This document shows, piece after piece, positions 27,012 to 34,935 of a stretch of DNA of 64,000 bases. The translations under genes and the position numbers were made by a program. Source of the stretch: an uncultured Clostridia bacterium (GTDB lineage Bacteria > Acidobacteriota > Aminicenantia > UBA2199); contig CAZCVI010000002.1 of the NCBI GenBank assembly GCA_964502145.1, positions 117,383-181,382 on the forward strand, in the 5' to 3' direction. The notes below the pieces were generated by a model. That model ran no database searches and was not told where the DNA came from. It saw only the letters and a list, made by a program, of their open reading frames with translations. The first letter of the stretch is position 1. Every line of letters begins with the position of its first letter.

Positions 27012-27665
27012 TCAGTGGACTTTTTTTTCAATCTTTTTTGTATGTTTTCCTTGGCATGAGGATTTAAGCAGACAATGGCGGCAATCCGGTGTTTGGGGTT
27101 TGCAGATTTTATGGGTGAAATCGAGGATGGCAAAGAGGAACGTACCGGGTTCTTTGGTGTTGAAGAGTTCTTTGGCCAAGTGGATGATTTGTTTTTTACG
27201 GGGGATGTCGCCGGTTAGGTTTAGGCCGTGGTAACGATTAATGAAGCGGGCGATGTTGCTGTCTATGGCGTGTTCGGGTTTGTTGAAGCAGATGGACAGA
27301 ATAGCGCCGGCAGTGTAGTGGCCAATACCGGGGATTTTTAATAAATCGCGGCGGATGTCGGGGAATTCACCGTCGAATTGTTCCACCACATATTGGGCGG
27401 CTTCGATGAGCTGGGTACTGCGGCAGTGGAGACCGAGATGTTCGGTAACGCTTTTGATTTCGGTTTCGTTAGCATAGGCGAGGGCTTCGACCACGGGGTA
27501 TTTTTGGATGAAGGCTTGGTAAATAGTAGCGGCTTGTTCAGCACGGGTGCGGCGTAACAGGAATTCGGCAATCATGATGAAATAGGGGTTACTATAATTC
27601 CGCCAGGGGAACTCTCTTCTGTGTTTGGCAAACCAGTTGAATATTTTACGATGCATGTTAATCAT
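27012..27665 (-). CDS. HhH-GPD base-excision DNA glycosylase with 4Fe-4S cluster loop (MutY/Nth-like, short form)
   Basis: FPWRNYSNPYFIMIAEFLLRRTRAEQA...LLKIPGIGHYTAGAILSI (HhH-GPD). C-terminal Cys cluster CKPQTPDCRHCLLKSSC. Confidence 0.75.
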   Translation of the reverse strand: MINMHRKIFNWFAKHRREFPWRNYSNPYFIMIAEFLLRRTRAEQAATIYQAFIQKYPVVEALAYANETEIKSVTEHLGLHCRSTQLIEAAQYVVEQFDGEFPDIRRDLLKIPGIGHYTAGAILSICFNKPEHAIDSNIARFINRYHGLNLTGDIPRKKQIIHLAKELFNTKEPGTFLFAILDFTHKICKPQTPDCRHCLLKSSCQGKHTKKIEKKVH

Positions 27666-27843
27666 AGAAATAGGGTTCGCTGCTGCTTTTTTGGGTTATC
27701 ATGCGAGTATTTTAAAGGAAAGCAGCCAAAAAAGCAAGGGAATTAATAATTCTGGATTTACCTTCTATTTGTTTTCCTCTTGACTTTACGGGGAATTATC
27801 TTTATAGTTTCTTTTGATAAATAATTTTAATGAAGGATATGAC

Positions 27844-29202
27844 ATGCCTGAAACAAATAATGAACCAAGATTCACGTGCGATTGGATTTTTAATATACTG
27901 GTGGTCTTAAGCGACGGGAAAGTGGTGTGCGGGTGCGCGGACCCTTATGGTCAGAGACCTCTGGGCCATTTACAGGAAAAGGGAATCTACGAGATTTGGA
28001 ATTCTGAGCCAGTGAAACAAATCCGCCGGGATTTGAACGCGGGACATGCCGATTTCTGCGGTCCCTGCGGTTTGAAACGGTTCCTCAAAGAAAACGAAAC
28101 GCTACCACAAGCACCGGAACACCTGGACGTATTACCCCGACTATTTTTGGAACCGACGGTGTTATGCAACCTGAACTGCTTCAAAGCGGTGTGCAGCAAA
28201 GAAGCGGATATCTTAAAATCGCGCACACGGACTATTTTTCCGGTTGAAGAATTTAAAAGTCTTTTAGATCAAGTGTGGGAGAAACTGATCCGCTTGGATT
28301 TTTTTAACTACGGCGACCCTTTTGTTCATCCACAAGCGGCGGAAATGATGGCTTATATTAAAGAAAAATACAGGCATATCTATCTGTATGTGAGTACGAA
28401 CGGATTGATGCTGGATGAAGAGAAAATAAAAATTCTGGCGGCTTCGGGGGTGGATGAGATTACATTTTCGGTGGATGGGGTAGATCAGGAATCGTATGGT
28501 CACTACCGACAGGGCGGGGATTTTAATAAAGTGCTGGGGCTGATGGCCAAAATGGTAGCGGAGCGAAATAAAATAGGTCGCGAAGTGCCTTTTATTAACT
28601 GGCGTTATATTCTGTTTAATTGGAACGATTCCGTTGCGCAGATGAAACGGGCGAAAAAACTGGCGGCCAAAATCGGCGTCGATCGTTTTACCTGGGAAAT
28701 CACGGATCACCCAGTAGAAGGGAAATCGGAAAAATACCAGATCGGCACGGAGGCATGGAAAAAGATATATTATGAAATCTGGGATACGAGCCAAATTGGC
28801 AACGTGGTGAAAAAGAATCGTTTCATGGCAAAAATAAAGGTCTTGTCTGGACGGGTGGATATGGCGGTTGGGGGTGACGCTGTGAATGTCCGGGTGCAAG
28901 TGAAAAACAAGGGGGGCGCACTGTGGCGGAAAGTAACGTGGTCGGGTCGTAGACTGGTTCGCCTGGGCGCACAATGGTATGACAGGGATAAAAAACTGCT
29001 GGACCTGAATTATGCACGGGTGTTTTTAAATAAAGACTTGGGTTATCGGAAAAAAGATATCTTAACGATCACGTTACCGCCATTATCGCAACCTGGGGAG
29101 TATTTTCTGAAGTTTGATATGGTTTCGGAGGGCAATGATTGGTTTGAAAACGGGGGCTCGCCAGTGGTGTGGGTGCCGTTTAGGGTTTATGCGGGGGGGT
29201 AA
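27844..29202 (+). CDS. Radical SAM protein with N-terminal SPASM/twitch-like Cys-rich domain and C-terminal Ig-like domain
   Basis: ATG at 27844 (AAGGA 6 nt upstream) is preferred over the TTG at 27814. The N-terminus (CDWIFNILVVLSDGKVVCGC...LGHLQEKGIYEIWNS...CGPCGLK) looks like a SPASM/twitch domain. The core has CNLNCFKAVC (nt 28165-28194, Cx3Cx4C), YGDPFV, STNGLML and FSVDG. The C-terminal ~130 aa is beta-sandwich-like. Confidence 0.65.
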   Translation: MPETNNEPRFTCDWIFNILVVLSDGKVVCGCADPYGQRPLGHLQEKGIYEIWNSEPVKQIRRDLNAGHADFCGPCGLKRFLKENETLPQAPEHLDVLPRLFLEPTVLCNLNCFKAVCSKEADILKSRTRTIFPVEEFKSLLDQVWEKLIRLDFFNYGDPFVHPQAAEMMAYIKEKYRHIYLYVSTNGLMLDEEKIKILAASGVDEITFSVDGVDQESYGHYRQGGDFNKVLGLMAKMVAERNKIGREVPFINWRYILFNWNDSVAQMKRAKKLAAKIGVDRFTWEITDHPVEGKSEKYQIGTEAWKKIYYEIWDTSQIGNVVKKNRFMAKIKVLSGRVDMAVGGDAVNVRVQVKNKGGALWRKVTWSGRRLVRLGAQWYDRDKKLLDLNYARVFLNKDLGYRKKDILTITLPPLSQPGEYFLKFDMVSEGNDWFENGGSPVVWVPFRVYAGG

Positions 29203-29254
29203 TGGGAGGAATGGGAAGTATGGGAATTATGGGAGTTATGGGAAGAATGGGATA
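29201..29254 (+). repeat. 9-bp tandem repeat, 6 units ([A/T]ATGGGA[A/G]N), starting at the stop codon of the rSAM gene
   Basis: aatgggagg aatgggaag tatgggaat tatgggagt tatgggaag aatgggata. The reverse complements (cctcccatt, attcccata, actcccata...) are the same units found in-frame at 39832-39885 and 54091-54153. Confidence 0.95.
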
Positions 29255-29356
29255 TTTAGAACTATTTCTGAAAACACTGAATTTTATTAAAATAAGCTTG
29301 TAAGATTTTTAAATATTTTATATGATATCAGGGTAAATAATGAATTGGAGGTTGTT

Positions 29357-30148
29357 ATGGATTTAAAAATTAAAGGAAAAGTGGCGGTAGTCACGGCTTG
29401 CAGTAAGGGGTTGGGTTTTGCTGTGGCTGAAGCTCTGGCTGCAGAAGGGGTGAACCTGGCGATTTGTTCGCGGAATAAAGAAAAAATCGCGGAAGTGGCC
29501 GATTACCTGCGTGCGATGTATGAAGTAGACGTGCTGCACGATGTCTGCGATGTGACGGATAATGAGGGTATTGTGGCTTTTAAAGAGAAGGTGATCGAGC
29601 GTTTTAAAACCTGCGATATTCTGTTTACGAATGCGGGCGGCCCGAAACCAGGGAAAATTGAGGATTTTACAGGCGCGGATTTTAAAAAAGCCATTGATTT
29701 GAATCTGATGAGCACGATTAATTTGATATATGCTTTTTTGCCTTATATGAAACAACAAAAGTGGGGCCGGATCTTGGCTTTGACTTCTATCTCGGTGAAA
29801 CAACCAATTCCAACGCTGGTGCTTTCCAATGTATCGCGGGCTGGGGTGGTGGCGTTTATCAAGAGTTTGGCCCGGGAAGTGGCACCCCTTAATATCACGG
29901 CCAATACAATCGCCCCGGGGTACTTGATGACGGAACGGGTGAAAGACCTCCTGGAAGTGAAAGCAAAAAACGAGGGGATTACCTACGAACAAGCCAGAAC
30001 GGGAACAATTGAACTGATCCCGGTACATAAAATCGGGGCACCCCAGGACCTGGGGGCATTATGCGCCTTCCTGGCCTCGGAACATGCTTCCTATATCACG
30101 GGGGGAACACATCTGATTGACGGGGGAATGTATGGTGGTTTGATGTGA
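29357..30148 (+). CDS. Short-chain dehydrogenase/reductase (SDR, FabG-like)
   Basis: ATG at 29357 with GGAGG at 29347-29351. GKVAVVTACSKGLGFAVAEALAAEG is the TGxxxGxG-like cofactor motif. NAGG is present, along with a Ser...Y/K-type region and C-terminal ITGGTHLIDGG. Confidence 0.8.
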   Translation: MDLKIKGKVAVVTACSKGLGFAVAEALAAEGVNLAICSRNKEKIAEVADYLRAMYEVDVLHDVCDVTDNEGIVAFKEKVIERFKTCDILFTNAGGPKPGKIEDFTGADFKKAIDLNLMSTINLIYAFLPYMKQQKWGRILALTSISVKQPIPTLVLSNVSRAGVVAFIKSLAREVAPLNITANTIAPGYLMTERVKDLLEVKAKNEGITYEQARTGTIELIPVHKIGAPQDLGALCAFLASEHASYITGGTHLIDGGMYGGLM

Positions 30149-30152
30149 CAAC

Positions 30153-30224
30153 AGCGGGCAACGGGGCTCGAACCCGTAGCATCCAGCTTGGGAAGCTGAT
30201 ACTCTACCATTGAGTTATGCCCGC
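30153..30224 (-). tRNA. tRNA-Gly (anticodon CCC)
   Basis: The reverse complement reads GCGGGCATAACTCAATGGTAGAGTATCAGCTTCCCAAGCTGGATGCTACGGGTTCGAGCCCCGTTGCCCGCT. It has a 7-bp acceptor stem GCGGGCA/TGCCCGC, anticodon stem TCAGC/GCTGG with loop TTCCCAA, T-arm GGGTTCGAGCCCC, and discriminator U. CCA is not encoded. Confidence 0.9.
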
Positions 30225-30561
30225 ACTGTTGAAAAATAGTATTTTATAAAAAAAATCATTGAAATGCAATAGGTTCGCGCATTTTTTTTGCATTTTATTT
30301 TTTTAGAAAGGGTCTGCAAGAATAGATAGTGAAGGGAAGTGATTGTAGGGATGGTTCAAAATGGGTGTATAAAAAAAAGGCAGGCTGACGAATGAACCAT
30401 CGACTCATGTATTTCAAACGTCAGTCTGCATTTAACGGACTTTTATGTCGGTGTTACACTAACACCATGTTTTCATACCATATATTATATATAAAAATGG
30501 CGAATTTTCAATTTATTTTTTTTAATATATAATGTAAGAAAACTGTGAAGTACTTGAATAC

Positions 30562-31173
30562 TTAGATGACACCTGCCTTTTTGAGGTATGCGATGACGGT
30601 TTCCACTTCTTGGTCAATGGTGTGGGTATCGGCGTCAAGTATGATCTCGGCGCGTAATGGTTCTTCGTAAGGGGCGGAAATACCGGTAAACTCTTTGATC
30701 TCGCCATTCTTGGCTTTTTTATACAGTCCTTTGGGGTCTCGTTGTTCGCAGGTATCTATGGACGCTTTGACATAAATTTCGATAAAGCGACCAGCCCCGA
30801 GGAGTTCTCTGCCAAAATCGCGGTCTTTGCGATAAGGGGAAATAAAGGCGGTGGTGGTAATGACGCCCGCATCGGCGAACAGGTTACCTACTTCTGCAAT
30901 ACGACGGATATTCTCTTCGCGATCAGCGGGGGAAAAACCGAGGTTCTTGTTGAGACCGTGACGGATATTGTCGCCATCCAGTACATAGGTTAATTTACCG
31001 ATTTGATGCAGCCGGGCAGTCACCTCGTTGGCAATAGTGGATTTGCCACTGGCGGAAAGTCCGGTAAACCATAATAATACGCCTTTTTGTTTGAGAAGGG
31101 CTTCACGCTCTTCACGACTTACTTTGTGCTCGTGCCAAGTGATGTGGGTGGCTTTCTGAAAATTGCTATTCAT
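30562..31173 (-). CDS. cysC: Adenylylsulfate (APS) kinase
   Basis: [21 protein letters not shown] (P-loop), [33 protein letters not shown] and FISPYRKDR are canonical CysC motifs. Confidence 0.9.
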   Translation of the reverse strand: MNSNFQKATHITWHEHKVSREEREALLKQKGVLLWFTGLSASGKSTIANEVTARLHQIGKLTYVLDGDNIRHGLNKNLGFSPADREENIRRIAEVGNLFADAGVITTTAFISPYRKDRDFGRELLGAGRFIEIYVKASIDTCEQRDPKGLYKKAKNGEIKEFTGISAPYEEPLRAEIILDADTHTIDQEVETVIAYLKKAGVI

Positions 31174-31310
31174 TGCTGTACTTATCCTCCAAAGGGTGAT
31201 GTTGTGTTTTCTTTTTTGTTTTCTTTTTATTATTATTTTATTTTAAACAATAAAAGGTAACGATAGCAAATTATTGGCATAAATGCAAGGAATTTGTGCG
31301 GAAAAAAATG

Positions 31311-31346
31311 TGGACGATATGGACAGTATGGACGATATGGACGATG
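31311..31346 (+). repeat. 9-bp tandem repeat, 4 units (TGGACGATA family)
   Basis: tggacgata tggacagta tggacgata tggacgatg. The same family occurs in inverse orientation at 37776-37811. Confidence 0.9.
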
Positions 31347-31358
31347 GGGATGGTGAAT

Positions 31359-32006
31359 TTATTCTAGAGAGGGGGATTTGACTTTGAGAGAGAGGGTGTT
31401 TTTCTGGTCGATCATCATTAATTCGAGGTTTAGAACTTTGGCAATATAATGGAAGGTTTTGGGGGTGAAGAAGGAGATGTGGGTGGCATCGCGGCGATAC
31501 CACCACTGGAAGAATTGTGCAGCCACGGGAGTTTGCAGGGGATGGAATAGGGTCATAATGGCCAATATGCCACCGGGATTGAGCAATTCTTTTAATAAGG
31601 TGAGTGTCTCAAAGGGATTTTTGAGATGTTCCAGTACCTCGGTACAGGTGATGAGATCATAGGTGTGCCCAAAATATATTTTTTCCGGGGCAAAGTAGGG
31701 GTCATAGACGTGTACGTCGTATCCTCTTTTTTTTAAGAGTGAGGCCAACACAGGGCCAGGACCGCTACCGAAATCAAGGGCGGTTTGGATGTGGGGGTGG
31801 AAAGGGTGAATGCTTTTTGCTATGAACTGTTCTAACATGGACACGTATCCACATTCTTCGACAGTATTTATATGTTGGAGATATCTTTGCCGTTCTTGTT
31901 CGGGAGGAAGTATTTTTGACTCTGCAATGGCAATAAAATAGCACTTGGGGCAGAAATAGTAATAAAGGATAGGGCACAACGGCCCGGCACAAATTTTACA
32001 GCCCAT
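31359..32006 (-). CDS. Class I SAM-dependent methyltransferase with N-terminal Cys-rich (zinc-ribbon-like) segment
   Basis: CKICAGPLC...CPKC at the N-terminus. LDFGSGPGPVLASLL is SAM-binding motif I, followed by DLITCTEVLEHL. Confidence 0.7.
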   Translation of the reverse strand: MGCKICAGPLCPILYYYFCPKCYFIAIAESKILPPEQERQRYLQHINTVEECGYVSMLEQFIAKSIHPFHPHIQTALDFGSGPGPVLASLLKKRGYDVHVYDPYFAPEKIYFGHTYDLITCTEVLEHLKNPFETLTLLKELLNPGGILAIMTLFHPLQTPVAAQFFQWWYRRDATHISFFTPKTFHYIAKVLNLELMMIDQKNTLSLKVKSPSLE

Positions 32007-32019
32007 CAGGGGGAATTTA

Positions 32020-32490
32020 TTACTCCTTTATAAAGGGTGGAAGTTCTTTATAACTCTTCTGGGTCAGAAAGAGACTGCTGTCATAGTAATATTTATCCGC
32101 TTCTTTAACGAGAATGATGACAAAAATTTCACCACCGACTTTTTTCACCATGCCAGCCATTCCGTCTTTACCTTCAAAGGTAGTCATCAGGCGGAACTCA
32201 GTGACGTCAATGATGTCCTTGGCATTGGCCTTGTATTTGGTAAAAATGCGATCCATATCGGCTGGGTTCTGGGAGATTATGGCTTGGTATTCACTCCGTT
32301 TTTCTTCGGGCATTAGCGCGATGATGGTGGTATAGTCACTGGTTTGGAGTGCTAAAAGGATTGCCTTGGTCACGGCATTGGGATCGGCTTGATCCACTTC
32401 GGCAGCCTGTAAAAGAGAATAAAAACCGTAAAATCCCAACGCCAAGAAGCATACAATATAAATACATCGGCTGGTTGCTTTAAGCATCAA
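32020..32490 (-). CDS. Hypothetical exported protein (156 aa)
   Basis: N-terminal signal-like hydrophobic segment CIYIVCFLALGFYGFYSLLQAAEV. No recognisable family. Confidence 0.55.
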   Translation of the reverse strand: MMLKATSRCIYIVCFLALGFYGFYSLLQAAEVDQADPNAVTKAILLALQTSDYTTIIALMPEEKRSEYQAIISQNPADMDRIFTKYKANAKDIIDVTEFRLMTTFEGKDGMAGMVKKVGGEIFVIILVKEADKYYYDSSLFLTQKSYKELPPFIKE

Positions 32491-32685
32491 ATCCTCCTAA
32501 AAGCTTTTATTCTTCATCTTCCACTGTTCTTGGCTTTCTCCTGCGATACTAACCGATTTTATAATATTATATCATACCAGCTTATTAAAAAAAAAACAAG
32601 TAGAAAAACAGCCTAAATTCACTGCCGTGTTAAAAAAAATTATGGTTTCGAGATTATGGCAGTGAATTTAGGCAGTAGAAAGTAT

Positions 32686-34866
32686 TTATTTGATATTCAT
32701 TTCGGTTATGAGGTGTCCGGCGCCAGCGAATTTATCGAGGAACCAGAGAATATACCGAATATCAACGCCGATGGAACGACTGTATTTTTCATCCCAGCCA
32801 AAATCGTTGATCGTGGCTTCATACACGCGGTCGAAATTAAGGCCGATCAATTGACCCCAGGCATTTAAAACGGGGCTTCCCGAATTGCCGCCGGTGGTGT
32901 CCATATTAAAAAGGATGTTAACGGGAACATCTTTTAATCCGGGATGCATAAACATACCGTATTCTTTGTTTTTGGAGAGGTTCAGCAATCGTTCGGGGGC
33001 GATATAGGGGGGCAGGCCGGTATTTTTTTCTACTACGCCGCTTAGAGTGGTAAATGGTTTGTAATACACGGCATCGGCGGGAGAATAGCCGCGAATATGA
33101 CCATAAGTTAATCGTAACGTGCTGTTGGCATCAGGAATAAAGTGGGTGCCTTTAAACTCTTTTTTGACATCGATCAATTGCGCGGATAATTCATCAAGTA
33201 TTCCTTTTTGTTGTTCCTCTTTATTTTTCTTATTTTGGAACGTCGGATAGAGCGCGGCAGCCAGTCGGAGGAAGGGATCATCGATTTGCTGTAATTCGAG
33301 GGTGCTCTTGGAGAATAAACCGATGAGGTAATCGTTTTCATAGAGCTTTGAAGTGCTGTAGGCTTTTTCTATGAAGGAATCGACAGCTTTTTCCACTTCC
33401 ACTTCAACACCTTCTTTTCTGGCCAGGATAAGTTCTTCCACGGCAGGCACGCGATAGGGGACGGGCATGGTAGCGGCTCTCATCAAGACCGCTTTTAAGA
33501 TGATTTTATCGGCTGCGGGCACATAGTTTCGTAAACCCAGGGTCATGAATTGTTTGGTGCGGTCGAAATTACGCTCCATATATTCGGATTCACGGTCGGT
33601 GTCTTTCTTTTTTAATTCGATAGAGGCTTCATATACGGTATACGCATTGGCTAACATGGCACTGCTACGATTGAAGAATTGCAGCAGGAGGTCATAATTG
33701 GCGTCCTTGCGTTTTTCGCTGTAAAGCTCTTTAAGCCGTTCCAAGACTGTGCCGTATTTTTGCTGGCGTTTGGGATCGGCATTGATAAAGGCCAACATCT
33801 CTTTTTCTTCTTGTTGTTTTTTTTCGGTCAGTTTCAGGGCTTTTAGTGCTTTTAACTGGCCTTTATAGGATTTCATGGTATTCCACAAGCCTTTCAGTTG
33901 CGGGGCCAATTTGATCTCTGTGTCACGGTCTTTTTTGCTCAGTTCTTCCAGCACGTGGATGTTCCAACTGAATAATTCGACGACGTATGGTTTGCGTATT
34001 TCTTCTTCGAAAGCGTAAAAATAGGAGGAGCGATGTCTGAAAGTCGAGCCGGGGTAGCCAAGAATAAACACGAAATCTTCTTCTTTGACTCCTTCTGGGG
34101 CCACTTGGAGGTATTTTTTAGGGTGGAAGGGGATATTTTTTTCCGAGTATTCAGCGGAGGAACCATCTGGGGCGACATAGGCTCTCATGAAGGTAAAATC
34201 GCCGGTATGTCTGGGCCACATCCAGTTATCGAGTTCGCCACCGTATTCACCGATACTACGGGGTGGGGCATACACGAGGCGGATGTCTTTTAAATAGGTA
34301 TAGATAAATAATATGTAGGTTTTACCCTGGAACATCTCGGCGACTTCGGCGCGGCGACCGGGTAATTTTTTCTCTGTGAGCACGACCATATCTTTGATTG
34401 TTTTTTCAATGGCTTTGGTACGTTCTGCATAGGTCATTTTTTTCTTGATGGCTTTTAAGATGTCTTGGGAGACATCCTGGTAGGATTCGATTAAACGAAC
34501 AGTGTATCCTTTGGCGGGTAATTCGGTGGCGCGTTCCATGGCGGTAAAACCGGTGAGCATATAATCTTTATCCTGGGTGGTGACGGATTGAATAGCGCGA
34601 AAGGCGCAATGGTAATTGGTTAGTATTAAACCCTCGGGTGACACAAAGGAGGCGGTACAGCCGCTTAAATTAATAATGCCATCAATCACGCTGACGCCAG
34701 CGGGATTGTACAGCTCCTTGGAATCGAGTTGAAAGCCAAGGACTTTGAGGTCCAGTTTACTTATTTCACTCAATGGGATCATGCCCTCTTCAGAATAAAG
34801 GGCGAGGGGTAACGAACAGCAAAGCAACAGGATTGCTGCGAATAGAATACATCTTTTTAATGTCAT
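32686..34866 (-). CDS. Peptidase family S46 (dipeptidyl-peptidase 7/11-like serine protease)
   Basis: Signal peptide. CTASFVSPEGLILTNYHCAF (catalytic His region) and TTGGNSGSPVLNAWGQLIGLNFDR (catalytic Ser). The ~720-aa length with a helical insert is typical of S46. Confidence 0.8.
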   Translation of the reverse strand: MTLKRCILFAAILLLCCSLPLALYSEEGMIPLSEISKLDLKVLGFQLDSKELYNPAGVSVIDGIINLSGCTASFVSPEGLILTNYHCAFRAIQSVTTQDKDYMLTGFTAMERATELPAKGYTVRLIESYQDVSQDILKAIKKKMTYAERTKAIEKTIKDMVVLTEKKLPGRRAEVAEMFQGKTYILFIYTYLKDIRLVYAPPRSIGEYGGELDNWMWPRHTGDFTFMRAYVAPDGSSAEYSEKNIPFHPKKYLQVAPEGVKEEDFVFILGYPGSTFRHRSSYFYAFEEEIRKPYVVELFSWNIHVLEELSKKDRDTEIKLAPQLKGLWNTMKSYKGQLKALKALKLTEKKQQEEKEMLAFINADPKRQQKYGTVLERLKELYSEKRKDANYDLLLQFFNRSSAMLANAYTVYEASIELKKKDTDRESEYMERNFDRTKQFMTLGLRNYVPAADKIILKAVLMRAATMPVPYRVPAVEELILARKEGVEVEVEKAVDSFIEKAYSTSKLYENDYLIGLFSKSTLELQQIDDPFLRLAAALYPTFQNKKNKEEQQKGILDELSAQLIDVKKEFKGTHFIPDANSTLRLTYGHIRGYSPADAVYYKPFTTLSGVVEKNTGLPPYIAPERLLNLSKNKEYGMFMHPGLKDVPVNILFNMDTTGGNSGSPVLNAWGQLIGLNFDRVYEATINDFGWDEKYSRSIGVDIRYILWFLDKFAGAGHLITEMNIK

Positions 34867-34935
34867 GGGAAATTCTCCTAATCTGTTTTGTTATTAAACG
34901 ACTAAATAAAAATTATTTTACCGGATTTGCTCGTA

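Noticed and set aside
23555-30028. Long antisense ORFs lie inside the GlmS-like, AlkC-like, rSAM and SDR genes: for example 24660..25286, 26180..26557, 28264..28974 and 29363..30028.
   Set aside because: The opposite-strand genes carry clear catalytic motifs. The antisense products have no motifs and biased composition.
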